Shown piece after piece: positions 28,184 to 41,841 of a stretch of 64,000 nucleotides of DNA. The DNA comes from Octopus vulgaris. Its lineage: Eukaryota. The position numbers were made by a program, and so were the translations under genes. Under the pieces are notes generated by a model. That model worked only from the letters and a program-made list of their open reading frames with translations. It was not told where the DNA came from and did no database searches. Position 1 is the stretch's first letter. The number at the start of each line of letters is the position of its first letter. The stretch spans positions 98,022,001 to 98,086,000 of the forward strand of contig OX597820.1 of NCBI GenBank assembly GCA_951406725.2, written 5' to 3'.

Positions 28184-29861
28184 TCATATTTATTATATCA
28201 AAGACAATGTCTTTATGTGTTCGTGTATTACTTATACATTCGAAAACTGCTGCAGCGATCATAATGAAATTTGGAACACAAAATCGAAGCCTAGGGAGAA
28301 GGGTAATGCTGTGTGTTTCATACAATTTCATGGACCAAAATTACTGAATGGATCCTTATGATATTTGAAACTTAGATTCAATGCATAAGGGCGGGTATAA
28401 TGCAATATGTTTGGTTTGAATTTCAGAAGGTTTAAAGGGGGCAGAAGCTCCCATGAAAATTCATAAATTTTCGATGTTGATGAAATTTCAACCATGGGTA
28501 ATTGATACACATCAAGAAGTATTCTCAAAGTTTCCGCTTCACATGAGGATTCTAAGGCACCCTAATGGGGGCCTTAATTCCCAAATTTTAGTAATTTCTT
28601 TTATGATCCAAAACTAAGTCAAAAGTACTGAATGGATCTTTACGAAATTTGGAAATTATATTCTATGCATAAGGGCCACAACCCTCATGACAATTCATAT
28701 ATTTTTGCTGTTGATGAAATTTTAACCATAGATATTAGATACAAATGAAGTAATATTTATAAAATTTCATCTTCTTACAAGTTAGAAAGACCCCTTCATG
28801 GGGTCTTAACACCCACAATTTTGTCATTTTATCTAAGCAAAGACGAATAGTTGTACTCTTGGAAGCTGTGGGGTCATCCGAGCATAGAAGATGAGCGTTA
28901 TTTGTAATTCAATGGTACAACAGTGTAAGAGTTTGCTTTGACATACACTTAGATTGTGATTTCTGCAATGTGCTGCATAAATTGTTAAGTAAATGAGAGG
29001 TATCTTTGCCTCCACTGGTTCAGTTGCAAAGTGTTGAGTAAAGTTATTTGATTGCAGATCTCCTTTCAGTCTTTTTATTATCAATGGGTAACACATAGTC
29101 CCCACATGGTAACATTGATTTCAAGGTCTTCCCAGATGAGTGACTGGTTATTCAAAGACATTTATAGATTGTAAATTTATTCTGTCCAGTTACATATCAG
29201 TATAGTGGTCATTTGCAAACTCCAACTTTCGTTTCTCCTTAGCCATCACGTCACACAGTTGTTAATGTTTATTTCAGTTGGGTCACGTCCTTCGAATTGC
29301 TATAGATTCGTAATGCATCTTACGGCTGTGCCTGTTACCTGCATGGTGAGGAATACTACATTGGGAGTGGTAACGACTTGGGTACTGTAGCTGACTGCTT
29401 ATTGTGATCATTCGTCTTTTGGTTTCCTGTAGCTTTGCTCTCTTTTACAAACCCAGTGAACATATATTTCCTATTTCAAAGAAATTCAAACAATAGATAT
29501 AAGACCCACGTTAGAATGATTCTCAACAATTCAACTTCTCTGGTTGACAATAAGATGCCCACCCCCAATAGGGGCGTTAACTCTCACATTTTAGAGCTCC
29601 ATGACCTCCATTTTTCAGGAGCAAAATCCTTTTAACAGCTATAAGACTGGAATTTTGGAATATGCGCATAAAAATCAGTAGTATGAGGTACATGTGGCAC
29701 GATTACAATTTTGCTTGGGTGTGTAAAGAGGGAAATAACCCTCATCTGCAATTTTGATGAAATTCAAAACATAGGTATTACAGTTCATTACAGAAAATAT
29801 AACAGAAAAGCCTAATTCTTCAAATGTATGTAGCTCGGGCAACGCCAGGTAACTCTGCTAG
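28184..29861 (+). mobile_element. Non-autonomous Helitron (~1.7 kb)
   Basis: 3' CGGGCAACGCCAGG hairpin region plus CTAG|T at 29858-29862. Internal duplicated block (~28337 and ~28621). A second copy lies at 54237-55369. The 5' end is approximate. Confidence 0.8.
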
Positions 29862-29883
29862 TATATATATATATATATATATT

Positions 29884-29949
29884 GTTGTACTTCAGAATGG
29901 TCATTTTATATATCTATTTATTTATTTATTTCTTCCAATTAAACATACG

Positions 29950-29993
<44 letters not shown>

Positions 29994-30164
29994 CTTCACT
30001 CGTTTATTACTGTTATTTTCTTATTTTGACGTTTGTCCATTGTCCGGAAATATTTCGTTACACATCTGTGACCCCTTCAGCGACACTTTTGTGGATATAG
30101 TGCGTATTTTTATTCGGCCCAAAATAAATAAATAAATAAAAATAATAATAATAATAATAATCAT

Positions 30165-30236
<72 letters not shown>

Positions 30237-30263
30237 AATAAAATGACCATATTGAAATACAAC
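29884..30263 (-). mobile_element. Family D hammerhead-bearing element with inverted terminal 24-mer
   Basis: GTTGTACTTCAGAATGGTCATTTT (29884-29907) and AAAATGACCATATTGAAATACAAC (30240-30263) form an inverted repeat, 21/24 matching. Hammerhead relic at 30041-30085. Confidence 0.65.
30041..30085 (-). ncRNA. Hammerhead relic, sibling of 27341-27382
   Basis: Minus strand UGUCG-CUGAAGG-G-GUCACA gaug UGUAAC-GAA-AUAUUU-C-CGGACA. A9G change and one helix II mismatch. Confidence 0.6.
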
Positions 30264-30321
30264 AGTATCTGTTTCAACAGACGATTACACATCAGGAATC
30301 TTGCAAAACGAATAGATAAAC

Positions 30322-30366
<45 letters not shown>

Positions 30367-30400
30367 ACATATATATATATACACATGTACAATCATACAC

Positions 30401-30441
<41 letters not shown>

Positions 30442-31203
30442 ACATATTTCTATATGTATGACCGAAAACAAAAACAAAACAAAAAGCAACCGAAAGGGTG
30501 TGTAGCGACGTAAAGTTTAACTACACCAGAGTAAAGCTATATAAAAGAAAAAAGAAAAGAAAGACAAAACAATAAAAATAATAACAAAAGCAACATTGCA
30601 AGAAAGCATAAATTATTTAATTACCAAAATTTGTTTCGGAACTTTGCGTTTGTAACAGTACACGTGTTAGAAAGCAGTCGATCTAATATGAACGAAATAT
30701 ATCAAACACCTCCTGAGAAATACTGGAACTACATAAGAAAAGGAAGTTCACAAGTGACTTAATTTTTTTTATAAGAAGAGGGATGTATCTATTATTTTTC
30801 TTAATTTCACGCTAAATTCAAACTTACCGAAACAAATTGAACACATGCGATATGACGAAACTGAGGCCGAAACAATAATGTGTGAGCCTCTATGATCTCA
30901 CAGTGTTGATTGCATTGCTAGAATTAAGAGCCAAAAGTTCTCCTGCAAATCATTCTCAACAGTCGTTGAAAAGAAAGAAAGAAACAAAGAATGAACGAAA
31001 AAAGAAAGAATGAATGAAAAAGAAAGAAGGAAAGAAAGACCCTTTAGATAATGTAATCCTAGCTGTCCTGTTTAAAGATGAGGTGGTCACGATTGAGTCA
31101 TCTTTGATCAGAGACCTGTTTGACCAGATCAAACCTGGTGGAGAGAGAGATGGGGAGAACACAGACAGAAAGATGGGATGGAAGGGAGAGAGAGAGGAGA
31201 GAG

Positions 31204-31263
<60 letters not shown>

Positions 31264-32058
31264 TCAACCTCTTTATGAAAGGCAAAATTGACATCTAGTT
31301 GGGATTTCAGTTCAGAGCTCAGAGAGCCGGAACAAATACCACAAAGCGTTTTATCTAGCGGTGCTCTAGTTCTTCATTTTTTTCTTCAATTCACTGACAG
31401 ACGAATGTCAACTGAAGAACTCAGTCGAAATGCAAGAAAGTTTAAAGGCATCGTTGACCTCGATCAGATTTGAACTAAGAACATAAATGCATTTGCGTGA
31501 CATACAATAATGCTATTTCCAAACCAATACCACCGTTTGTATTAGAAAGGTGTAATACTAATGTTCCAAACCGAATAGACTTCCTCATAAAGTCTTAGAG
31601 ATGATCAAACAGAGTTTCCTGCCAGAATATCTCCACGACCGGTTTATCCCTTTCACCAGTATTGCGCATTTGGGACCTTATCAAAATCTGTCCTTCCACT
31701 TTTTGTGAGGCTATAAGTGTAATTTCATGGGGCGGAGTTGGTTGCTGTTTCTAGTAAGGCGAACAATCATACTCAGATATATTGGTTCCTAGAAGTGTTA
31801 TTGATATATGTGAAGCGATTCCAACTGGGAATAACAAGACGGTTTTTGCAGCGTACACAATATATCTAAAGCGCATCGGTTATTTCTGGTCTATTTCATA
31901 GCATTATAAGATATAGAATGTAAATAAAACTAAAATGAAACTCTACCTATTACACCAAAGTACTATTGTATTACAACACTGTTATACACATCCATAGCAT
32001 AATACTTTTACACAATAACATCACGCAATTACACGTTATTTTCTAAAATATTTTCCAA

Positions 32059-32450
32059 GCTTGCTTCCCTACCACATGGTACCGGGTTCAGTCCTACTGC
32101 GTGGCTACTTAGCTAGGTGTCTTCTACAATAGCCTCGGGCCAACCAAAGCCTTGTTAGTGGATTTGGTTTATGGAAACTGAAAGAAGCCCATCGTATATA
32201 GATATATATACAAATATATATATATATATATATACGTATATATGTTTGTACGTGTGTATGCGTCTGTGTGTATGTGTATCTTTGTGTCTCTGTTGGTGTG
32301 TTTACGTCCCTGTAGGTTAGCGGTTTGGCAAAAGATCTCGATATAATAAATCCCAAGCTTTAAAATCTAACAAACACTGGAGTCGATTCATTCGACTAAA
32401 AGGAATTCAAGACGGTGCCCTAGCACCTAATTACTGAAACAAGACAAAAA
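32059..32450 (+). mobile_element. Diverged SINE family 1, slightly 5'-truncated
   Basis: CCGGGTTCAGTCC...GGAAACTGAAAGAAGCCC...GCGGTTTGGCAAAA...CTGAAACAAG. Confidence 0.75.
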
Positions 32451-32731
32451 TATTTTATACGTCTATATGAATGTGTGTTTTTCCCTACCAAGAATTGACA
32501 ACGACCTCGAACCCACAAGAGTAAACAAGAGTGACAGAGACAGGCAGAAACAAAGAAAATGCCACTTGTATGTGAACACTATGCACATATTCTTCTAAAA
32601 AAAACTTTTCTTGTAACTTTTCTAAATTCAATTGCTTAATTGTTACAGTTGAAAAAGTCTCAATGACTGAAACCGGTACTGAAATTTTTTTTATAAAATT
32701 ATTTTAGCATTTTCTATCTTGACTTTTTTCC

Positions 32732-32779
<48 letters not shown>

Positions 32780-33188
32780 GGAGGGAGGGAGGGAGGGAGA
32801 GAGGGGGAGAGAGAATTATGACTGAAATATTGTGAGATGGTAGGATTTATGTTGCATTATTTCATTGCTTAATGATCTGTACAAAAGTGCTGCTATCTAA
32901 TATACAACACAATTACATATATTACAACACAATTACACAGATCCATAACATAACAGTAACATACTACAACATCACCCTATCACAACATATTAAGTCACTT
33001 CAGTACAATTACACCATATTATTGTTGTTGTCGTTGTTATTGTTCAACTGTAATTCAGTAAACCTATAATAAAAGACACTCCAGGTATGACCATCGAATA
33101 TTTTTGCGAAAAAGAAAATGGATGTCGGGGACTATTTTATTTACCATGTGTCATGCCTTCTTTTTATGACGATTGAGTCCGATTTCTA

Positions 33189-34472
33189 TTGGGTTGTTCG
33201 GAAAGTTCGTGCCGATTTTTAAAGGAAAGAAAAAAAGGTCAATAAACACTTGCCATTACATTTTTAATCAACCAAATATGAACCATTTTGTTGCACAATG
33301 CGTCTCCATCTTTCCTTTAACTTGAAAATACCCTCTTCCCAGAATTGAGGTGGTTTCATGGCAAAGAATTCATCAAACTGTCTTTTTACGTCATCCAAGG
33401 AATTGAAATTTTTATCATTAAGACCATTCTGCAGAGACCTGAGTAAGTGGAAATCCGAAGGAGCAATATCTGGTGAATATGGAGGGTGGGGTAACACATC
33501 TCAGCCGAGCTGCAGCAATTTTTGTCGGTTCCCAAAGAAACGTGCGGTCTTGCATTATCATGTTGGAAGACAACACCCTTCCTGTTGGCCAATTCTGGAC
33601 GTTTCTCTTTAATTGCTGCTTTTAACTCGTCCAGTTGTGTGCAGTATTTCTCCGAATTAATTGTCTGGTTACTTGGGAGAAGCTTATAATACAGAATTCC
33701 TTTCCAATCCCACCGGACACAAAGCAAGACGTTTTTAGGGTGAAGACTCGTTTTGGGGGTGGCTAAGGGTGGCTCATGTCGCTTACTCCAGGATCGCTTT
33801 CTCTGAACATTTCGGTAGATAATTCATTTCTTATCATCTGCCAGAATTTGCTTTAAAAAAGGCGTGTTTTCATTCCGTTTATAAAGCGAATCACAGATGG
33901 AAATGTGATCCAAAAGGTTCTTCTCACTCAATTCATGTGGTACCCAAACATCGTAGCGATTTGTGTACCCTAGCTTTCCCAGGTGCTCATGAACAACGGA
34001 TTTTTATAGGTTGAGGCTGTCTACCAATTCTCGGGTTGTGCAATGTGGGTTATTCTCAACTAATGACTTGATTTGGTCATCATCTGTAGTGGATGGTCTG
34101 TCTGATCGCTCTTTATCAATAATGCTATAATCTCCAGCTCGGAACCTTGCGAATCATTTCCGTACAGTTCTTTCGGATAAAGAAACATCATCGTAAACTG
34201 TGCATATTTCTTTGGTTGCTTGTGAGGCATTTTCCCTTTACGGAAAAAGAAAAGCATCAAGTGCCGAAAATTAACTTTCTTATCTTCCATTTTAAAGGGT
34301 TACAGAATTAACACAGGTTATAGGAACATAAACCTTCTTCCAGGAAAAGATAGCTTCAACTGTGCTCTAAATGGAGGTGTAGTCAAATCCTATCGTATTG
34401 GACTCAACCATGTTCTAAAATAAGTCAAAGGTAAGCTACTATAAATCGGCACGAACTTTCCGGACAACCCAA
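33189..34472 (-). mobile_element. Full-length mariner transposon (1284 bp) with inactivated DD34D-type transposase
   Basis: 30-bp TIRs TTGGGTTGTYCGGAAAGTTCGTGCCGATTT (1 mismatch) with TA on both sides. Transposase 34290-33264 has MEDKKVNFRH, WVPHEL, HDNARPH and HPPYSPDIAPSDFHL, broken by stops and frameshifts. Confidence 0.95.
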
Positions 34473-34681
34473 TAATATGTCCAACAGCCACTTAAATCAC
34501 TGCTTTATGGGTGTTTACCAACACTACTAATTTCGGTGAATCAATAATCCTTTGAAACTGTTTTCATAAATGTAAACAAATAATTAATTGTTTATGAAAA
34601 TTAAAGTCATTGATATATCGTTGAAGTTAAAGCTCCCGCAATATGATAATGTAGTTGTAGTCTTTTAATATAGTGTAACAG

Positions 34682-34912
34682 AAGGCGGCGAGCTGGTAGA
34701 AACGTTAGCACGCCAGGCGAAATCGGTAGCCGTATTTCGTCTGCTGCTACGTTCTGAGTTCAAATTCCGCCGAGGTCGACTTTGCCTTTCATCCTTTCGG
34801 GGTCGATAAATTAAGGACGAGATACGCATTGGGGTCGATGTAATCGACTTAATCTGTTTGTCTGTCCTTGTTTGTCCCCTCTGTGTGTAGCCCCTGATGG
34901 GCAGTAAAGAAT
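34682..34912 (+). mobile_element. SINE family 2 (tail A)
   Basis: AAGGCGGCGAGCTGG head, family core, and tail ..GGGCAGTAAAGAA. Immediately followed by an inverted older copy (34920-35057). Confidence 0.88.
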
Positions 34913-35611
34913 ATCGGCTGATATTTATTTAATCGACTCTGAAGGAATGAAAGGCAACGTCCACCTCGGTGTTATTTGAACACAGAGTGTAAAGACGTAT
35001 GAAATGCCGCTAAGCATTTTACCCGGCCTGTTAACGATTTTGCCAGACTGCTTCCTTAGTCTCCGAGTATATTAGATAGCGTTAAAGTATGGTTTAGATT
35101 TAAAAACTGTTGTAAAATATAGTTGGTAAATATTTTCATCTTGTACAGCTTTTATTTGTTTCAGTTATTAGACTGTGGCCATGCTTAGGCACTCTTTTGC
35201 GCAACTTCTAAGCTACTGGGGATATAAATATGTCAGCACAGGTTGTCAATCAGTGGTAGAGGACAAACACAGGCTCAAAGACACCCAGATACATATGTTT
35301 CTATATACGATGGGCTTCTTTCAGTTTCCGTCTAACAAATACATTCACAACCTTAAGGATTGTTTTGCAAGGAACATCAAAAACACCACTACCACCATCA
35401 CCATCACCACCACCAACAACAACAACAGCTAGAATTAGTAGTCAAATCAAATCCCTATATCATACAAAAGAATCAAGTACACATTGTATAATAATGTTAT
35501 TGTCCTAGATAACACTAAAACGGCAGGCTGATCACAGGACACTTCTTGATCTTAGATCTAATCAGTCGCAGATGAACTGAGGATAAACCTCAAACGACAA
35601 CAGGAACAAAA

Positions 35612-35641
35612 GCAACAACAACAACAACGACAACAACGACA

Positions 35642-35694
<53 letters not shown>

Positions 35695-35824
35695 CACCAC
35701 CACTACTACTACTACTACAACCACCACCACCACTACTACTACCACCACCACCACCACCACTACTACTACTACCTCCACCACCACTACTACTACTACTACT
35801 ACTTCTACTACTACCATCACCACC

Positions 35825-35898
<74 letters not shown>

Positions 35899-35923
35899 CA
35901 CAATAACCACCACCACCACCACC

Positions 35924-35999
<76 letters not shown>

Positions 36000-36003
36000 A
36001 CTA
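35612..36003. repeat. (ACT)n/(ACC)n compound microsatellite
   Basis: Read directly from the sequence. Confidence 0.95.
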
Positions 36004-36695
36004 CATTGGCAGAAGCAAATGCTAATAAAAACTGCGATATAATTCTGCGAGAAAGAAAAATAACTTTAGAAAAAAAGTAAAGTATGTGTATCCATATAAG
36101 ACGACCCAGAACCGATATAGCAGATACTCTGAAGTATATATTTCGAATATATATAGATGTAAGTGTGAGACTTTGTGAATGGGTTAATTGCCATGTACTC
36201 GTATGTGTTTGTGTGTATGTGTGTGTGTGTGTGCGTAGATGATTGCGTGTGTTTGCTTGTAGCTTATCTCAGATGTCTCACAGAAGAAAACATAATAATT
36301 TTGATGGCGTCGCCCAGTCTTATCTCATAGTATATTGCTAAACTTATCTCGATCACGTGAAGTGTATTAGAAAAGGTATGGATTCCTACAAAAACTATAC
36401 ACGCGCGCAGACGCGAACACACGCACACACACACAAACATGCATAGACATACATACATACATACATACGCACTCATACACACAGTGTTCTATATCAATCC
36501 ATCTATTCTTTATATAAGTATGCATATATATAAATATATGTGTTTAAATGTATATATATATATGTGTGTGTGTATAATATATATACACACACACACATAT
36601 ATATATATGTGTGTGTGTGTGTGTGTATGTATAAATATATATATATGTATATATCTATATCTATCTATCTTTTTATCTATCTATCTATCTATCTA

Positions 36696-36757
<62 letters not shown>

Positions 36758-37261
36758 CATATGTCTGTATTTGTGTGTGTAAGTTTTCTACATGGAATAT
36801 CGCAATATCAATATATATATATCTATTTGTTGATTTGTTTTCCCTCGGTTTACAAGTTCTACAGTTCAAATGTAAATCACGTCAAGATTGCAGATTCGAG
36901 TTTCAAAGACAGAAGAAGTATCAGATTTTAGAAATCTTTTTAAATATATAACAACATAAAATAAGATAAAGAATATAGTGTAAAATGATGTAAAATCGTC
37001 AAGTGAAACCACCATGGCAGTGCATCACACAGCGCAATATATATCAGGTCTTTTGTTGAAATAATTTATTATTGTTAAGTATTAAGCTTAGCTCATGAAA
37101 CAGAAACACCAAATCATATCATATATAGATACACTCGCCATCCTTTATCTATCTATCAATCTATCTATCTATGTATCTGTCTGACTGATCGGTCTGTCTG
37201 TCTGATCGGTCTGCCTGCCTGTGTGTCTGCCTACCTGTCTGTCTGTTCGTCTGGCTTCCTG

Positions 37262-37402
<141 letters not shown>

Positions 37403-37403
37403 C

Positions 37404-37443
<40 letters not shown>

Positions 37444-37498
37444 GTAAGTAAATATATATATATCCATATATCTATCTGTATATATATATATGTGTGTG

Positions 37499-37809
37499 TT
37501 GTTTCAGTCAATTGACTGCGGCCATGCTGGAGCACCGACTTTTGTCGAACAAGTCGACCCTAGCACTTATTCTTTGTAAGCCTAATACATATTCTATCGG
37601 TTCTTCTTCTGAACTACTAAGTTGCAAGGATGTAAACATACCAGCATCGGTTGCCAATCGAATGTGAGGGGGCAGATAAACACAGACTCCGTTTTTTGTG
37701 TCGTCTATTTGAATGTTTTGTGTTCTTGCCCCATTCTGTATTTTTATATATATATATTTATACATATACATATACATACATATATACATACATACGTATA
37801 TATATACAT

Positions 37810-37841
<32 letters not shown>

Positions 37842-38003
37842 GACGGGTTTCTTTCAGTTTCCGTCTGCCAAATCCACTCACGAGGCTTTAGCCGGCCCGA
37901 TGCTATAGTAAAAGGCACTTGCTCCAGGTGTGCGCAGTGGGACTGAACCCGGAACCATGTGGTTGGGAAGCATGCTGCTTAGCATATACTCACGCCTGTG
38001 CCT
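37499..38003 (-). mobile_element. SINE family 1 containing a family C fragment (37688-37750) in its internal TA tract
   Basis: Both SINE halves are present. The insert matches 58978-59040. Confidence 0.8.
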
Positions 38004-38067
38004 ATGTATGTATCTATTTCATATTTACAGAAACATAGATACATGTACATATATGTATATATATGTG

Positions 38068-38099
<32 letters not shown>

Positions 38100-38579
38100 T
38101 GTATGTATGTATGTATGTATGTATGTATGTATGTATGTATGTATGTATGTACGTATGTATGTATGTATGTATGTATGTATGTATGTATGTATGTATGTAT
38201 GCATGCATGGATGTGTATATATATATATTCATGTTAATATATATTTGCATTCAGTCATATAAACCAACGATCACATATATGAAGTCAAAAATAGATAAAA
38301 AATATTGAAACAGAAAAAGCACTCGTAAAGAATAGAGGACAACAAATATGGTATTAGCTTTACGCTTGAAATAAGTCTGTAGTGACTTGATCTTTCGGAC
38401 AAGAGTTCTTCTTCATTAAAAAAAAGACATAAAAAGAATAGATACGGAATCTGAGGGAGAGCGTCTGTGAATATAAATGGAAATGTTATGATCAAATAAT
38501 TAGAGGTAAAGGAATCAAGAACGAACAGAAAGGGTAAATTCTGATTACCATAGCGGATCATAAGACCATAGCAGATCTA

Positions 38580-38985
38580 CTTCTTATCTCTCTCCTCTTC
38601 TATCTTTTCTCTTGTCAAAGACAATATTTCTCCAGCGTTCGCTACCTTACCTCGTCCGGCCTAACGGCCCTCCATGTTTGTTTTCGTTTGGTTCGCTGTA
38701 TGTCTCCACTGTCCTGTTTTTGTTACCAGCTTGACCCTCCGCAAATCCCAAATTTTATTTTGGCTCGCGGGAGCAATTGCCTTTCGAGTCTTCATATTCT
38801 TAATTGCTCAAAATGCGGAGAAGATGGACAACTGACAACTAATTTAGGGTCGTTATTTATGTTACTTGTCTTGTTATTCCATTTGTTTCTCTCGTTGTTC
38901 GCATACCCAAGTTTGTCTTCGTATTTCATGATGTTTTCGTATTTCGTATTTCATGTTTACGTTCTTGTAAACTGTTTTTAACATA
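38580..38985 (+). mobile_element. Family B non-coding element (diverged)
   Basis: Colinear with the reverse complement of 8405-8765 (CCCTCCATGTTT.., TGACCCTC.., GCTCAAAATGCGGAG..ACAACT..AGGGTC). Confidence 0.55.
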
Positions 38986-39062
38986 TTATTATCAATGAAT
39001 GTATATCAGTATTTTAATACTTTTGTGATAACCAGTACTTAACACAAAACTCATACAAAGCT

Positions 39063-39162
<100 letters not shown>

Positions 39163-39164
39163 TT

Positions 39165-40040
39165 ATAAATGAACAGGAATAAACTGTCGTCTAAATTACT
39201 CAAAAATAAAAATAACACTAACATCTTATTTTAAAAGGAATATTTACCAAAATTACATAAAATATCTTGAAATACTAGAGTCAATTTATTCAATAAAATC
39301 ACCATTGGTTTCGACCACGGCCTCCAGATGACTTCGGAATCTTCTGCAACTATTCTGGACGGTCTCCTTGTTTAAGCTGATGACTGCTGTCATATTCCTT
39401 TCCTCGAGTTCATCTTTTGTGTTACAAGGGTTTTATTGGTCTCTCGTTCAACTGCGCCCCACACATAATAATAACGATGTTGCAGACTGGGGAGTTAGAT
39501 GGCCAGATGTTAGGAGTAAATTGGTCGCAGAAATTGTCTGACAGCCATGACTGGTTTCTCCTGCTTGTGCAGAGTCCTGTTGCCAGACATAGGGTCTTCC
39601 AGCAGCCACCCTCTTGACCCAGGGCAGCACTACCTCCTCCAGGCACTTGATGTAGGCCTCCGTGTTGAGTGTGAGGCTGTGTGGGAAGATGAATGGAGGC
39701 ATAATATCGCCATCACGAATGATCTCTCCAAACACCTTGATGTTGACTGGATTTTTGATTTTAATCATTCTCAATACACGTCCTCGTATTTCACTGTCCT
39801 CTGATTGGCACCCTAAAACTCTGAAATGTTCGTATCGGAGCATCCGGCGCGAAGGCTAAACACTACAGCATGTCGTTTCTAGATTTCCGTAGAGTGAATT
39901 GCAACATGGTGCTGTTTTCCTCACAGAAGGTGCTCATCTAACCCTACTATACTGTGTAATATTCAAAATCAAAAACAAACAAAGCATATGCGCGTAATTA
40001 TAAATATATAGTCACGACAATTTACCCATCGCACCCTGTA
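39165..40040 (-). mobile_element. Internally deleted Tc1/mariner-superfamily element (maT/DD37D-like)
   Basis: GDIMPPFIF...NTEAYIKCLEEVVLPW...YVWQQDSA..TSRRNQSWLSDN...WPSNSP...AVVETNGDFIE*. TIR-like end TA|CAGGGTGCGATGGGTAAATTGTCG near 40040; the left TIR is decayed. Confidence 0.8.
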
Positions 40041-40057
40041 TACATATATGTGGCGTG

Positions 40058-40121
<64 letters not shown>

Positions 40122-41086
40122 CGTGCGTGTGTGTGTGTGTACATGTGATGTGAGAGATTACGTGACAAAGAGAGAACTGAATAGTTAGAAAACAAAATAG
40201 GTGGCCATATTTATAGATTCGTCCCGCTGAAATCTAATGAACACGAAACAACTTTTGTGTATGGGCGGTATTTTTCTGGTTTTCTCACAGAGAAAATATA
40301 AACGATTGTCACCCAACGTCACATTTTATTCGGGAATTCGAAGATGAGTTTAGTTATCTCCCGAGAGAATTTAATATTTGAAATCCAATATTATATATCT
40401 GCACTACAAATAACCCCACCATTCTCCACGCACTCAGCATCCATATCGAGACGTTGAAATATGCATAATTGTTAATACACATATTTTGATATCTAGCGTA
40501 TACACTCGTTGCTGAGAAAACACTTCAAAAGAAGGAGTGTTCAAAGAATTTTTTCGCTGCAGGAGCAACTTCGGCTTGAAGATTTAGTGTTTAAATTTAT
40601 ACGATTCCACATATTTTCATGGTATGAATAGCTTAAAGCTTGAAAGGCTCTGTTGGGCCTGCAAAGACATAAAACACTATCTGTCTGTATGTCTGTCTGT
40701 TTCTCTGTCTGTCTGTCTGTATGTATGTATGAATATATGTATGCGTGTGCATGTATACGTTTGATGAGGATGTCTGTCTGTGTATTTATATATGTATATA
40801 TCTAATATATGTTCATTATTTTATGTTCTTTCGCTTGTTCTACTCACTGATGAGAGGCTGTGCTTAAAGCATTTAAAGTATTTAAAGATTCGAGTTTATC
40901 CCATTGATTCAACACTCGGTCTAGGCCCTATTTCAACGATCCTATGGACAGGAAATGCTAGGTGGAGTGAGGCGTGAGAGGTCGTAACTGAGACGGCACC
41001 AAATACTAGATTCTCTACTTAATGAACAAAAACTCCTCACCACAACAAAGTTTCAAGTTATAAATATATATCTTATAAAATATATA

Positions 41087-41308
41087 TTTCTTTATTGCCC
41101 ACAAAGGGTTAAACATAGAGGAGACAAACAAGGACAGACAAACGGATTAAGTCGATTACATCGACCCCAGTGCGTAACTGGTACTTTATTTATCGACCCC
41201 GAAAGGATGAAAGGCAAAGTCGTCCTCGGCGGAATTTGAACTCACAACGTAACGACAGACGAAATACGGCTACGCATTTCGCCCGGCCTGCTAACGTTTC
41301 TGCCAGCT
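41087..41308 (-). mobile_element. SINE family 2 (tail A)
   Basis: Near-identical to 5501-5729. Confidence 0.9.
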
Positions 41309-41345
41309 AAATATACCCGCATACTCTTTACTGGAGAATATCCTA

Positions 41346-41841
41346 TTTCTGCAACCTAGCCGACTTACAAAAAATGCTGCCAATGGTCGATCCTAAATTT
41401 ACTGATTAAATATTCTTGCAACTATATAATCTTCAGATACTGATATTCCTTGGACAAACAATTCAGGTCTTATACATGGAATTACAGTTCTAAACACATG
41501 ATGCTCAATACACTTAGCTACAGCTGTATCTAAATTATTATAATTTTTCAGAATATTATTTTCCAAAGGTTTCACATCAAATGTATTTCTTGTTACTGGT
41601 AAATTTATACTGGTAAATTTAAATAACTGTGGTTGCATCTACTGAACATTCTGCTCTGTAGTGTGGCGGTTAAATGTGGAAGACTTGAATTTCTATGAAT
41701 TTTCAAGGAATTTTGATATCTTGCATTTTATTGCATCGACTACATTTAATCTGAGAAAGGAAAATCGAGTCGACCTGCATTTTATTTCGGCTGATGAAGC
41801 TCATGGCTGTACTTATTGTTAAGTCGGCTAGTTTGCAGAAA
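41346..41841. mobile_element. ~500-bp TIR element (MITE-like, superfamily unassigned)
   Basis: TTTCTGCAACCTAGCCGACTTA (41346-41367) and TAAGTCGGCTAGTTTGCAGAAA (41820-41841) form an inverted repeat, 21/22 matching. Confidence 0.6.

Noticed and set aside
28833-29105. ~90-codon ORF open in both Helitron copies (also 55003-55278)
   Set aside because: GTG start, many amino-acid differences and no recognisable domain; consistent with neutral survival in related copies. A dN/dS test on more copies would settle it.
30852-31436. ATGACGA..GCCGAAAC (30852) and CTGAAGA..GTCGAAATGCA (31412) strings
   Set aside because: The helices do not pair, and the second lies in decayed family 2-like SINE sequence.
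41791-41812. CTGATGA-AGC tcatg GCT
   Set aside because: No GAAA follows the hairpin.
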